Source: a virus. Taken from it: DNA of 64,000 bases. Position 1 is the first letter of the stretch; every line of letters starts with the position of its first letter. The notes beneath the pieces were generated by a model, which searched no databases, was not told where the DNA came from, and worked only from the letters and a program-made list of their open reading frames with translations. Made by a program: the position numbers and the translations under genes. Location: IMG/VR virus record IMGVR_UViG_3300035659_000003, positions 32,001 through 96,000 of that record. The stretch is one strand, 5' to 3'. This document shows positions 19,221 to 29,630 of the stretch, piece after piece.

Positions 19221-19934
19221 TTAAGGGGTGTCGGACGCCTCGTCTAGTACTTGCTCCGCCCAAGCACACCAGGTAACGGCCTCCCCCAGGATATCCGAAT
19301 CCATAAGAGCCGTCTCCCCCTGAGCCGCGAGATATGCCCTCTCGTAGCATTGCAGAAAGGCTTCTAACTCCCCCGCTGCGGCGTCGTCGCGGGCAACACT
19401 GCCCCTCGCGTCGAGAAACTGCCTCACCCCACGGAGAACCGTGGTAAAGGGCGAGGATTCATATTCTGAGGTGGCCGCGCGCAGGTCATCAGCAGCCCCA
19501 CGCGGGAGAAGGAGATGATCAACGCGCCGCTCGTCCTCGGCCAGCGCCTTGAACGCGTTATCAAGGTCTGCCTCGGTTAGGGCAGGGTCTCTCCCCTTCG
19601 CACCTGGGGGAAGGGCGAGCACGTCGCGCCGAGTCAGCTCGTCCAAGTGGAAGTGCAGCTCGTCGTACAGGGGATTGCCTTCCTGCATAGTGATGCGCAC
19701 TAGCGCGCCGTCCTTGTGCACAAACAGAACCGTACCGAAGTCCCCGAAGAACTGAGAAGACTTATTGCTGATCGTAACAGAGTCACCGATCTGGAGCGCC
19801 CGCTCCTCGCTCGTCCGGCGGTTGTGAAGGAGCGCGTCCAGGTCTGCGTGGTGCCAGCGCAACTCGTGCGCGGGGATCACGCAGTCCCTTGGATCGTCGT
19901 GCCAGGTCTTGGCGTCTAGCGGGTTGAATATCAT
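19221..19934 (-). CDS. hypothetical protein with KOW/SH3-like segment
   Basis: LQIGDSVTI...FFGDFGTVL motif. Confidence 0.55.
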   Translation of the reverse strand: MIFNPLDAKTWHDDPRDCVIPAHELRWHHADLDALLHNRRTSEERALQIGDSVTISNKSSQFFGDFGTVLFVHKDGALVRITMQEGNPLYDELHFHLDELTRRDVLALPPGAKGRDPALTEADLDNAFKALAEDERRVDHLLLPRGAADDLRAATSEYESSPFTTVLRGVRQFLDARGSVARDDAAAGELEAFLQCYERAYLAAQGETALMDSDILGEAVTWCAWAEQVLDEASDTP

Positions 19935-19937
19935 CCC

Positions 19938-20276
19938 CTAGTACTCCGGCGCAGGCTCCGTCGGCGGCAGCCTGTCCATGCACGCAAGGATGGCCGCGCT
20001 GAGTTCGTCGGGGAAGTAGTCGGGGTCGTTAAGCATGTCTTCCTCCAGCGCCAGGAACTCGCCGATGCTGACGTTCGCCTCTAGCTCCCGCAGGGTGCAA
20101 TGGCAGTAGGGCAGGAAGTCAGGATCAAACGACGTCGCCTCCGAGCAGCCCACAATGAAGAGGTCTTTGACTGCCTGCGGATAGCGACCGACTTCACCGC
20201 CCCCGCCGCCGCCGGAACAGGCTGCAAACAGGGCCATCGTCAGGGCGATTACGCCCAGAATAAGAACGTGCTTCAT
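19938..20276 (-). CDS. lipoprotein
   Basis: Signal peptide plus lipobox-like FAAC; RBS AAGGAGG; conserved-looking Cys. Confidence 0.7.
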   Translation of the reverse strand: MKHVLILGVIALTMALFAACSGGGGGGEVGRYPQAVKDLFIVGCSEATSFDPDFLPYCHCTLRELEANVSIGEFLALEEDMLNDPDYFPDELSAAILACMDRLPPTEPAPEY

Positions 20277-20449
20277 GAGGTGCCTCCTTCAATAAACAAG
20301 GGGAGGGCCGCGTCCGACGGTGTAGGCTCGGCTACCGGCGCGCGGAACCCGACATCGGCGGGCGCGGACTGCTCCCCGCCTAATCTTACGCCTGATTGCC
20401 GTATCACTCTAGACCCCGCCCTCTTCCAGCTCTTCACCACTCTGATCAC
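20273..20449 (-). CDS. small hypothetical protein (58 aa, below the ORF-track cutoff)
   Basis: GTG start behind a promoter repeat; stop overlaps the next start (ATGA). Confidence 0.4.
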   Translation of the reverse strand: MIRVVKSWKRAGSRVIRQSGVRLGGEQSAPADVGFRAPVAEPTPSDAALPLFIEGGTS

Positions 20450-20775
20450 CCACCTTTCACTGATATAGACGGTGCCAGTAGCCCTGTGTTACACCTTTTC
20501 GGTGGGTTTTTCACTTTTTCTTGCAGGCCTAGCCGTGCCCGCTGACTGCCGGTCAGTTGCCGGAGCTGCTTAGGCCGGAACGGATACCAGACACCCCCTT
20601 CAACAGGAAACCCCCACGCCTGCAGGACGCGCACGGAGCGGGGGTCAAACGACACGAGCAGCCACCGCCCCTCCAGAACGGCCTCCACCTTGACTAGGTG
20701 ATCGTTGATCAGCAGGCAGTCGGGGTCGGAGAGGTAGTAGTGGTCGCCAACCCGAATCGTCGCGATCTGGGCCAT
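20446..20775 (-). CDS. hypothetical protein
   Basis: ORF from MAQIATIRVG, coupled to upstream stop (TAATG). Confidence 0.5.
   Translation of the reverse strand: MAQIATIRVGDHYYLSDPDCLLINDHLVKVEAVLEGRWLLVSFDPRSVRVLQAWGFPVEGGVWYPFRPKQLRQLTGSQRARLGLQEKVKNPPKRCNTGLLAPSISVKGG
20450..20492 (-). promoter_or_regulatory. repeated ECF-sigma-like promoter plus leader, copy 1
   Basis: GTAAC-N16-CGTCTATATCAGTGAAAGGTGG. Confidence 0.65.
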
Positions 20776-20874
20776 TAGCGTATCTCCAGCCACACGGCCA
20801 GGGCGATCACGAGCATCGTCCCCACGCCCCATAGCTCCAGGATGATCAGCCAGGCCGGTAGGTCAAACCACATC

Positions 20875-21120
20875 CTAGAACCGCTCCTGCAGGGTCTGGC
20901 GTGATATGTAGGGCAGGCTGCCCAGCGCCGCCGACACGCGTGCGTAGAGCTGCGGCGCGTCGCGCTCCCCGAAGGGCGCGCCGAAGTCTGCGATGACCGA
21001 CTCCGTGCACACAGAGCAGGCGTACAGATCACCGCTCCGAATCAGCTCGCCCTCGCGAACGAAAACGCCGATCTCCTGGCACCGCATCGGACTACCACAT
21101 AGTGGACACACAAGCAGCAT
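20875..21120 (-). CDS. zinc-ribbon protein
   Basis: CPLCG...CSVC. Confidence 0.55.
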   Translation of the reverse strand: MLLVCPLCGSPMRCQEIGVFVREGELIRSGDLYACSVCTESVIADFGAPFGERDAPQLYARVSAALGSLPYISRQTLQERF

Positions 21121-21393
21121 CTCGGCTCCCCTTTCTGTATAGCGCCCATTCGTCCTCGACCTTGAACGCCTGGTATGCGTTGACGTTCGGAATCTGGCCT
21201 CGGATAAGCGCCTTCAACGTCTCGTCAGTAATCGCCGCACGGATTTCCTTGAGGCACGTGCGGCACGTCGCCCTATCAATATCGCCAGTGACGTTGGCGG
21301 GATTACGGAGCGTCTGCTCGCACAGGGTGTGGAACCGCACCAACATCTCCCCGTGCCCCTGGCGCGTGAAGGCTTGTCCTAGATGGATAACGC

Positions 21394-21633
21394 TCAAACT
21401 ACCTCCGCCTCGAAGCCGGACTCGTGGAGCATCGTCGCCAGCTTGTGCGCGTTCTCGACGGCGCATCCGGCGGAGACCCCCGTGACCGTCGACTCATCGC
21501 GCGCGGTATTGACCGAGACGCCGCCTTCAGGGAAGACGCGCTTGAAGTCGCGCGTCAGCTCGTCGTTGTTAGGCAGCTTCTCGTGGATCACGTAGGCGTG
21601 ATACTTGCCGAACATGAACCGAACCGTAGGCAT
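21394..21633 (-). CDS. hypothetical protein
   Basis: 79-aa ORF coupled to neighbours. Confidence 0.5.
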   Translation of the reverse strand: MPTVRFMFGKYHAYVIHEKLPNNDELTRDFKRVFPEGGVSVNTARDESTVTGVSAGCAVENAHKLATMLHESGFEAEVV

Positions 21634-21945
21634 CTAAACTACCCCCAACCGCGCCAGGTTGTATCCCGCGCGGACGCCGCGCCCATGCTTGCAGAGGGTG
21701 CTGCCGAACATGTGCCGGAACTCGTAATCGCCGCAAATGCACGTGAGCGTGGGCCGTTCGGGTTCCAGGTAGATGCGGTAGTGGCGGCCCTCCGGCGAGG
21801 TCAGGCCGATGTAGCCCCGCGCTGACCGGCGGTGGAAGCGGTAGAATACCAACACATCCAGCGCTTTCGGATCGAGGTTTCTCAGCCATCCCCCGCGCCG
21901 ATGGATGTTGCGCCGCTGCAACCTGGGCCAGGTAAGGGCTGTCAC
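21634..21945 (-). CDS. SWIM zinc-finger protein
   Basis: TCICGDYEFR...LCKH SWIM motif. Confidence 0.7.
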   Translation of the reverse strand: MTALTWPRLQRRNIHRRGGWLRNLDPKALDVLVFYRFHRRSARGYIGLTSPEGRHYRIYLEPERPTLTCICGDYEFRHMFGSTLCKHGRGVRAGYNLARLGVV

Positions 21946-21947
21946 CG

Positions 21948-22238
21948 CTAGACCTCCCGCGTGTAATGCAAGGCCTCGAGCCGCTCGCCGAGGCGCTTGA
22001 CGTAGTCATCCACACCCGTGTAACCAGCGTGGCCCCTGGCGTAGACCTTCCAGCCGTAGTCGTGGGAGCCTGTGTCACTGCGGAACCACACCGCGTAGCG
22101 CCGCAGAACGACCCCATTGCTCCGCACGGCGTACTCCCTGACGCGCGCGCTAACGAGATCGTCGTCCGGAGTGTCCCACTCCTTGCGCCAGCGGGCCAGG
22201 ATCGTCGTTCCCTTAGTTGTCAACTTCGCCATAATCAT
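21948..22238 (-). CDS. hypothetical protein
   Basis: First gene behind promoter repeat copy 2; RBS GGAGGT. Confidence 0.6.
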   Translation of the reverse strand: MIMAKLTTKGTTILARWRKEWDTPDDDLVSARVREYAVRSNGVVLRRYAVWFRSDTGSHDYGWKVYARGHAGYTGVDDYVKRLGERLEALHYTREV

Positions 22239-22280
22239 CCACCTCCACTGATATAGACGGTGGTGGGCGAAGATCGTTAC
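22239..22280 (-). promoter_or_regulatory. repeated ECF-sigma-like promoter plus leader, copy 2
   Basis: GTAAC-N16-CGTCTATATCAGTGGAGGTGG. Confidence 0.65.
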
Positions 22281-22294
22281 GCCTTTTTGCGCGA

Positions 22295-22774
22295 TTATCC
22301 GGCTTCTTCTACATCCAGCCCCGCGAACTCTAGAACGGCGTGCACAGCCTCCTCGCGACTGTGCACACGGCAGCTCGCGGCCTCGCGGACGAAGGCGTGC
22401 TCGTGGGGGTTCCCCTCCTTCTCCATGATGAGGACGACGAACTTGTGCAGGTGCGACGCCCAGGCCAGCTCGAACATCGAGCCGATGCTTGCCTTTGTTG
22501 CGCCCAGGAAGTCCGCGATGATCACGTCAACGGTAGACACATCGTGGTGGTCTCGCGCGAAGATGGCCGAGTCCGTTGACATAGCTGCGCGGTAGTGGCC
22601 GGACGGCAGCGGCTTGTTGCGGTATTGATGGGACAGGCTACGCTTCCCCCGCATAGGCGAGCGAACCTCGACTCCGCGCTTCTCCAGTGGCATGGCGATC
22701 TCCTCGCGGTGGGTGATCGCCTCGTCATATGTAAGGCCGGTTATGGGGCCACACAGATAACAAGATACGTGCAT
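22295..22774 (-). CDS. nucleoside 2-deoxyribosyltransferase-like protein
   Basis: YLCGPI, SPMR, IFARD, SIGSMFELAWA motifs. Confidence 0.8.
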   Translation of the reverse strand: MHVSCYLCGPITGLTYDEAITHREEIAMPLEKRGVEVRSPMRGKRSLSHQYRNKPLPSGHYRAAMSTDSAIFARDHHDVSTVDVIIADFLGATKASIGSMFELAWASHLHKFVVLIMEKEGNPHEHAFVREAASCRVHSREEAVHAVLEFAGLDVEEAG

Positions 22775-22785
22775 GGTTCCTCCTT

Positions 22786-23238
22786 CTAGAATACGTCCCC
22801 GTGAAGTTCGTAATGGCAGTTCTTACACAAGAGGACACACTTCTCAACCTCGCGGCAGAACAGATCGGTGTTGCTGCGCCACAGCCCTGCTGAAATTCGC
22901 CGCTCTTTAACCGCGCCGTCCTCATGGTGAAAGTCTAGTGAGCCGCCATACGTATTATACCCGCATTGCTGACAGCCGAGACCTTCTTTATAGGCAGAAA
23001 ACGCGTCTCGCCGCCGACCCCGAAATTTCCTAGCCCGCGTCAGGTAGGCTGCTCTGCGGCAGGGTTCGCTACAGTAACACGCCCCAGGAGATGGGAACGG
23101 AATCGGGCCTCCGCACTCGCGACAGGGGCGGCGACGCTTCATTCTATAGCAACGCTGCAGCGCGGCCCATCGTTCAGGATTGCGCGCGGCCCACGCGCGA
23201 GATCTAACCGTTTTAGGATTCTGGCTCAGGATAGACAT
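22786..23238 (-). CDS. HNH endonuclease
   Basis: CQQCGY...LDFHH...EVEKCVLLCKNCHYELH. Confidence 0.8.
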   Translation of the reverse strand: MSILSQNPKTVRSRAWAARNPERWAALQRCYRMKRRRPCRECGGPIPFPSPGACYCSEPCRRAAYLTRARKFRGRRRDAFSAYKEGLGCQQCGYNTYGGSLDFHHEDGAVKERRISAGLWRSNTDLFCREVEKCVLLCKNCHYELHGDVF

Positions 23239-23536
23239 CGCCGTTCTCAGAACATTTGCGCCGCTCGTAAGGCACCACCACACGGCGATACAGCTCCTGA
23301 TCGACATTTTTCAACACACCGGTCAGCAGGGCAATCTTCCAGTATCTAGGCGTGCCCATGAGGTTCAGGACTAGCGTGGTGATGGCATAATTGAGCAGGC
23401 CCGCCTCCACGGTCATCCTATCCGCCTCTAGCTGTGCGGCAGGGGCCATCATGGTGCGCTCGTTGCGGATGGCATCTGCCAACTGACGCACCCAGGTGTC
23501 AATGAACTCGCGGTTCTTCTTCGGCACGTAGGGCAT
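23213..23536 (-). CDS. conserved phage hypothetical protein
   Basis: MPYV...GLLNYAIT...ELYRRVVVPYE..K..ENGDVY pattern common in phages. Confidence 0.7.
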   Translation of the reverse strand: MPYVPKKNREFIDTWVRQLADAIRNERTMMAPAAQLEADRMTVEAGLLNYAITTLVLNLMGTPRYWKIALLTGVLKNVDQELYRRVVVPYERRKCSENGDVYPEPES

Positions 23537-25240
23537 CTACATACCTCCTACAGGATGGCCGCAGACACGGCACACCACGACTTCTTCGAAATACTGCTCG
23601 GTCGTAGGTCGACGCTCGATGATGTGCTCACCGTGTTGCACGCGCAGCAGCGAGGCATTCACCCGCACACGCTCGCGGTCAACGGGGACGATTCGGAAGC
23701 TGCCGTCGCAATGCTGCTCCAGACGCACCCGCTTGTCCATCAGCGGCTCCAGGTAGCGCTTAAGGAATACCTCCGTGCCGCAGCACGAGCGGATCAGAAC
23801 CGCGTCCCCCCGCCACTCCAATGTTCCCTCAGTCATACAGCCCTCCCTACTACCGGAACCACTGGCACATCCGCCGCCAGTGCCCACTGAACGGCCACTG
23901 TCGGCCCCTCACAGCGTGGGCAGTACCTGATTACCTGCTCTGGGCGAAACCGCCCGTGAGGGAAGTCCTCCGGTCTGGACGGGCGGTAGCCGTAGGGCCA
24001 GTCGCACGTGCCACACCGTGCCCCAATCAGGATCGCGTTCATGCCTTTTTCACCAGGTGGATGTGGGGATGGTTCGGGAAGCAGCTCCGGTCGGTGCTGA
24101 GCACCAAGTCGGGATAGCGCTTGATCCCGCGCCGAACCAGCTCAAGGATATAGCCTCCGTCACGGGGCCACACGCCGTGTCGTGCGTTGGTGTTCTCCTT
24201 CACCGCGATCACGATATCGCCGCAGTAGGGGCAGTCCGCCACCCAGATATCCACATCCTCGTACCACCACTGATAGCCCTTGTGCGGGCGCTCACAGAGG
24301 AAGCACGACCCCTTGGCCGGTTTCGGTAGGGGTGGGGGCGGGCACACGGGCTCCGACTGCGTCGTCGCCAGGAGCGTGCCGTCTTCCCACACCTTGAAAA
24401 AGGCGTAGCGGCCATCCAGCACCTCGAGGCACAACTGGTGCCCTTTCGGGATGATCTCGACGGGCACCGACGAAGCTGCGTGAACCTTCAGATCACGCCC
24501 TGTGTCGTTGAAGAATACGGCGTGTGCTGTCATGACTCCTCCTTCTCCCGCGCCAACAGGATGCTGTTCCAGCTAAACTCTACCACGTCTGCATAGGGCA
24601 GGTCGTCCAGCAACCGATCTGCGATTGCCGTGCCCTCGTACTCGGCGAACTGAAATCGGATACCCTCGATCGTAGCAAACAGCCGCGTGCAGGTCGCAAC
24701 GATGTAGCGCCAGCCCTTGTCGTTCTCGGCGTTGTGGATGGCCCAGCATGGCACCAGCTCCGCGTCAATGCGCTCAACTGGAAGGCCCGTCAGTGTGCGG
24801 GCCGCCACACAGGTCAGCGCCAGAGCCATCTCAAGTTCCGTCCACATGTAGCTCATCCTTATGATACCAGGCCTGGGCTCCGCGTGCGGCATTGATCGAG
24901 ACCAAGAACCACCCGCGCCCGAATATCCCGTCAATGTCTTTCTGCCCACTCATAATGACGGTGCCGCCGCTCCCAGCGAAACACTGGAACCGCTGGCCTG
25001 GCGGCTTGATGATGGTAACGCGGGTTCCGCGTCTCACTTAGTTCTCTCCAGGCACTGTGTGATCCGGCGCGCCAGGAGCTTCGCGTCCCCGCGCGAGATC
25101 GTAAAGGCGAAGCCAGGCTTATCCTCTTCGGGGTAGATCTCCAGCTTCAGCTCCTGGGGGCTCGCCGTCGAGACGTAGCCGTTCGGGTATTTGCCTGGTT
25201 TACGCCAGCCCCACATCAGCCCTGGGATGTGCTTGGCCAT
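23537..25240 (-). other. run of about six short, translationally coupled hypothetical genes, several Cys-rich
   Basis: ORFs near 23537-23836, 23833-24042, 24039-24533, 24530-24853, 24831-25037 and 25034-25240, mostly with ATGA/GTGA-type overlaps. Confidence 0.5.
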
Positions 25241-25832
25241 TTGCTTCCTCCAGTATGTCTAACAGCGCCCCAACGCCAGGTATCCGCACGATCTTCGGGT
25301 GTTCGAGATGCCGGTTGTAGGGGTAGTCAAGAGTGAAGACCGTGATTCCCGCCTCTGCCAGGGCCTGCACAGCTCTCGGGTGGTCGTCCACCATAACAGT
25401 GATGCCTAGCTCCTCGCATTTGGCGGGCTTGTCGCTCGGCTTCTCGACGGTGAATACGGTAGGCTGTACCAGCAGGTGCCACTGCAGCCAGCGCGCCGTT
25501 TGCTCCGCCGCTGGCCTGCCCGTCACGCGCCCGCGCGCCGTAATCCAGGTCACCTCCCAGGTGTCCATCAAGCAGCGCAGCCGCCACCACTCGTCATCGG
25601 TTAGCAGACTAGGCACCCTCTCCCACGAGTTCGGAACCTTGTCGAACTCCCGCCACGCCGCGTTGATGGCCTTCTTGTCCACACCATAGAGCACGGCCAG
25701 GTCAGACACCGTGGCGTCGCCCCCTCGGATCGGCGTGACGGGGTTGCCTGCCGCATCCCGCAGGAACCGCGCCCAGTAGGTCATGAAGTCCGCGACAACT
25801 CCGTCCACATCCCAGCCTATGCGATAACTCAC
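25200..25832 (-). CDS. HAD-superfamily 5'(3')-deoxyribonucleotidase-like protein
   Basis: GWDVDGVVADF, ITAR, K, MVDD, PYN motifs; GTG start overlapping the upstream stop. Confidence 0.8.
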   Translation of the reverse strand: MSYRIGWDVDGVVADFMTYWARFLRDAAGNPVTPIRGGDATVSDLAVLYGVDKKAINAAWREFDKVPNSWERVPSLLTDDEWWRLRCLMDTWEVTWITARGRVTGRPAAEQTARWLQWHLLVQPTVFTVEKPSDKPAKCEELGITVMVDDHPRAVQALAEAGITVFTLDYPYNRHLEHPKIVRIPGVGALLDILEEANGQAHPRADVGLA

Positions 25833-26275
25833 TGTTGGCTCCGTCTCCCGCGTAGCGCCTGATAGATAATTGCGCGAGTGATTGCCACGAACGGGCCATG
25901 CCACCACCCACCACGATGCGCAGGTCGCCCACCCTGTCCCAGAATAGGAAATGCTACAAATAGCTCTGCGTCTGAACGCCTGCGTCCCCGAAAGTAAGGC
26001 AGCAACATACGGATGATCCACTGCGCCCTGCGTCCAGTAACAACCCAGTCTCCACAGAGCGCCCAGTTCTGCCGCTTTCGAAGTCGGATATCGCCCGCCC
26101 CCGTCCCGTCCTGACACGCCTGCAAAAGCTGCGTATCAGTGTTAGTCACGCGCAGTCTAAGAGCGAAGCCAGTCGGACATCGGTAGCACTGAAGGTGACC
26201 CTCGCCCTCCACGATGCCCGCAAGCCAGCCTAGAAACGAGTCTGAGGAATCCAAAACCCTAGTCCTCTTACGCAA
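25829..26275 (-). CDS. free-standing LAGLIDADG homing endonuclease
   Basis: WLAGIVEGEG, VTNTD, LLPY motifs. Confidence 0.8.
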   Translation of the reverse strand: MRKRTRVLDSSDSFLGWLAGIVEGEGHLQCYRCPTGFALRLRVTNTDTQLLQACQDGTGAGDIRLRKRQNWALCGDWVVTGRRAQWIIRMLLPYFRGRRRSDAELFVAFPILGQGGRPAHRGGWWHGPFVAITRAIIYQALRGRRSQQ

Positions 26276-26457
26276 ACAGAATCACGCCTGCTATAGCCAA
26301 CGCAGGAAGCCCTACCATGACTAGGCACGCCGCCCAGAACGGCCAGCGAGGATAGCTGCAGACCACCAGCACGCATTCGCCGTCCAGCACACTACGCTCG
26401 CCGCAACGTGGGCAGATCTCAAGCCCCAGGCCGCCAGTGCCGGAACCGCCGCCCATG

Positions 26458-27066
26458 CTAGTCCTCCACCGCGTCGACCATACCCCACTCCAGAGCCTCT
26501 TCGGGGAAGAGGTAGACGGGGGTGTTGGCCTCTAGAATCGTGAGCCAGAACTCCTCGGTCTTGTAGGGTGTCCCCGCCGCCGCCGTGCTGCGCTCCGCAT
26601 GGAACTTGGCTGTCTCCCTGTGCAACCGCGTCAGAAGCTTCTGCTCCGCGTTGAGGTCGCGCAGGTCGCCCACCGTCCAAGACGTGATGCCGTGCACCAT
26701 CAAGAAAGCGCTCTTGCCCATCTTGCGGACGTTGCACGTCTGGAGAACCTCGAACGCAGCGCTCATGCCGTGCCCGTAGACCTCGCCGGTGACGATGCAG
26801 CCCTTCCGCTGCGCCGCGCGGATCGCGTCCACGATAGCAAACTCGGACTCCACACTGCCGCCGTTCGAGGAGATGCGGACGGTGATCGGGTCAGGCTTCT
26901 CGCTGAGAAGGCTGATCTCCCGAACGATCCTGGCCGCCATCTCCGACCCCACGCGCTCGTCCAAGTAGACCTCGCGGCGCTTGAGGGCGGCAAACCGAAG
27001 CGAATCCTCGTAGCCGCGTGGCTCCTTCGTCTCGTCCACGTAGGTAGGCTCGTCCTGAGTCCTCAT
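26458..27066 (-). CDS. clpP: ClpP-like protease
   Basis: ISSNGGSV, GHGMSAA (catalytic Ser), FLMVH (His), YLFPEEALEWGMVD. Confidence 0.85.
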   Translation of the reverse strand: MRTQDEPTYVDETKEPRGYEDSLRFAALKRREVYLDERVGSEMAARIVREISLLSEKPDPITVRISSNGGSVESEFAIVDAIRAAQRKGCIVTGEVYGHGMSAAFEVLQTCNVRKMGKSAFLMVHGITSWTVGDLRDLNAEQKLLTRLHRETAKFHAERSTAAAGTPYKTEEFWLTILEANTPVYLFPEEALEWGMVDAVED

Positions 27067-27067
27067 A

Positions 27068-27262
27068 CTAGCCCTTCCTCTCCTTCTGATCGCTATCGAT
27101 CGTCCAGTTCGCGATGACATCCTCGGCGCAGCCTCCGCAGTAGCAGCCGTCGTCTATCCAGTGCACGCACCCTGAGCAGACCGCCAACCCGCAGGTCTCG
27201 CACTCGTGCTCCGGAAACTCCGCGCTGCAAAACCAGCAGGGGAACTCGCCCACGTCCATCAC
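27068..27262 (-). CDS. Cys-rich zinc-finger protein
   Basis: Four CxxC pairs in 64 aa. Confidence 0.55.
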   Translation of the reverse strand: MMDVGEFPCWFCSAEFPEHECETCGLAVCSGCVHWIDDGCYCGGCAEDVIANWTIDSDQKERKG

Positions 27263-27654
27263 TCCGCCTCTGACTCCTGCGGCGCGAACGCTCCGGCGCG
27301 AATGGCCTCGACCGCCTCGATGTCGCGACCGTCAAGTGCCCTGTCGTCAAGCTCAGGATGCGTCCGCTCATACTCCATCAGCGTCAACGCACACCAAGCG
27401 ACCGACGCCAACACATGCTGGCCGTCCTTCGGGTCGAGTGAGACCCCCTTGCGGAACGTCTCCAGGTGCCGCATCATTGCGCCGATGACACGGCTCCAGG
27501 CCATGCCCTTGCGCCAGTTGTGATCGGTGTATTTGCGGGCACCCATCGTGTAGACGAACGCCACCGCCCCTAGTGGCAACGGGGGGATCAGATCATAGCG
27601 GAGTTTCTCCGCGTCGTTCTTCCAGGCCGGTAGTTTGGCCTTCGGGCCGCTCAT
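27259..27654 (-). CDS. dATP/dGTP diphosphohydrolase-domain protein (DUF5664-like)
   Basis: KLRYDLIP...GARKYTDHNWRKG...AMMRHL...H.LA motif. Confidence 0.8.
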   Translation of the reverse strand: MSGPKAKLPAWKNDAEKLRYDLIPPLPLGAVAFVYTMGARKYTDHNWRKGMAWSRVIGAMMRHLETFRKGVSLDPKDGQHVLASVAWCALTLMEYERTHPELDDRALDGRDIEAVEAIRAGAFAPQESEAE

Positions 27655-28948
27655 CACCAAGTCCTGTCCAGCTCCACCGGATAGGGATCGCTCGGCTCGT
27701 CGTCTAGAAACGAATCCTCCGGTGGCTCGCCCGTAGGAAACCCTCCACTCAGGACATAATCTGGGGAAGCGTAAGGGTCGTCGCGGGCCGCGTCGTCGAG
27801 GTCGAGTACAGGCCGATAGGCCCTGAACGGGGCCTTGTTGATGATCCTGACCGTAGTGGGGCTCCCTTGCCGCACTAGGTACTCTAGCGCCTTGCGGATT
27901 CCCCGCATCTCCTCCAGCATCTGCCGTTGCTGCTCGATACACATAGACTAAGCCTCCTCTATCTCTCGTGCCCAAGGTGGCACCTCGGTCAGTGGTTCCA
28001 GTTCCGGCACGAGGCCGCTGAATTGCTGCAAGACAAGGAACACCTGCAGCAGCACCGGCTGTGCATTGTCATAGGACGTGCGCCCCAGGCTGGAGACAAT
28101 CATCCAGGCGTCGTCGAACGTCAAGGCCAGCTCCTGCTTATCGGCGCTAGGGGCAGCCGCCGCACCGTATCCGGCGATCGCCGCTGTGGTGGTGACGCCC
28201 TTTGGAAAGGTCAGGGCCAGGATGATATCTTGCACCTTGCGGAGTAGATAGTGCACCTCCGACTCGTCCTTCCCCAGCACGTGAGGGCCGCTAATGCCGC
28301 GCAAGAGTTCATGGATGGCCCAGCCGTCAGTCAGGCTCACCCATATCGTCTTCGTATCGGACATTGGGCACCTCCTCCGATAAGGAATCTACCGCTAGCA
28401 CAATCGTCTCCTCGAACTCAGGGTGCTCAGCGCGGAGAAACTCCGTAACCGCGCCGCACTTCTTGCAGACGCCATGCTCGTAGAAATAATGACTCCCCAT
28501 CACCCATGTGGGCCGATCCATAATGTAGTGATGGACGCAGTTCGAGTCCCCGCCACGGACGTTGACTCGCTGTGAGGCGTGCTTACCCACGCGTCCACCC
28601 CGTCGCCGCCGCCAGACGCTCCTGAGCAGTCGCGTCCGGCAGGGTATTGATCTCGGGATCGGTGCGAGATAGGCCCAGGATGCGGTCGGTGCTCTTCTCC
28701 TCGGGGTCGCCCCGCTGCTCGGCGTGTTCTCGCATCTCCTGCGCCAACGTGTAGGCGGGCCGGATATGGTCGGAGAATGTGTAAACGTCCAGTGCTCCGA
28801 ACCGGCCTAGTGGCACACGCACCGTTACGATTTCCCACGCGTGCTCCCCGAAGGCGTAGCGCTCGACGGCGACAACGACGCCGATCGCCCGCAGCGCTCT
28901 CCGCTCAGCCGTGTGAAGGATTTCTGCTAGCTCACCGAGCCTCGTCAT
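27654..28948 (-). other. four short hypothetical genes
   Basis: ORFs 27654-27944, 27948-28364, 28327-28590 and 28583-28948, tightly packed. Confidence 0.5.
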
Positions 28949-28966
28949 TGGTATTCTCCAGTGCTA

Positions 28967-29425
28967 CTAGGCCGCATTTGCCCGTCGCCTCCCATGAACT
29001 TCCTCGTTGTGCTGCGCCAGAGTGTCGTTCAATCTGTCAAAAGGCACAGTTGAGGTAGTACCGTCGCACCAATGAATCGGGACGGGCGGGTGAAACTGCA
29101 TCCGCCACGCAATGGCCTCGTCGCTCTTGGCGTTGGCGTCAAGGCGCGTGGCCTTGGTACCTGCAGGGACGAGTTTGAGCGGCGTCGGCGTGTCGACGAC
29201 CCTCGCCGCGACTGCTGCCCGCTGCCCCCCCTCGGCCAGGCTCCAGAAGCGCCAGCCGTTGCAGGCGACTCCGCCCGTGATTGCGCTCCCCGCCGCCGAC
29301 AAGCTCCCGAACTCCCGCCCGTCCTCCAGGCGGCAGCGCCCCCCATCGAGGACGGTGGCCCCGTAAGCGTCGCCCTTATAACGAGCCACCAATGGTGTGC
29401 CCGCTGCCAAGCTATGCCGAGCCAT
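28967..29425 (-). CDS. RAMA/DUF2924-like DNA-binding domain protein
   Basis: YKG..YGATV...DGREFGSLSAAGSAITGG..CNGWRFW signature. Confidence 0.75.
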   Translation of the reverse strand: MARHSLAAGTPLVARYKGDAYGATVLDGGRCRLEDGREFGSLSAAGSAITGGVACNGWRFWSLAEGGQRAAVAARVVDTPTPLKLVPAGTKATRLDANAKSDEAIAWRMQFHPPVPIHWCDGTTSTVPFDRLNDTLAQHNEEVHGRRRANAA

Positions 29426-29447
29426 ACGCGACCTCCCTTTCTGCTTA

Positions 29448-29618
29448 CTATGACGATCCGGCGGGGTCTTCGGTCACACCCCGCACCCGCTCAATAGGAA
29501 ACCGGATGATCTTATGGGCCTCCTTCTTGGCCCGCTGATAGTCAGCCATGAAGCGGTTCGCCACGCCCATGAATTTCAAGAAGCGGCGCAGCTCAAGGTC
29601 AATCGGCTCCTTGTCCAT
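29448..29618 (-). CDS. small hypothetical protein (56 aa)
   Basis: Manual translation MDKEPIDLELRRFLKFMG...; RBS AGGAGG. Confidence 0.5.
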   Translation of the reverse strand: MDKEPIDLELRRFLKFMGVANRFMADYQRAKKEAHKIIRFPIERVRGVTEDPAGSS

Positions 29619-29630
29619 CGTCAGGCCCTC

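Noticed and set aside
20290-20380. Long GC-rich hairpin as SRP RNA or other ncRNA
   Set aside because: It lacks the SRP domain IV motif, and the interval is explained by a 58-aa ORF coupled to the next gene.
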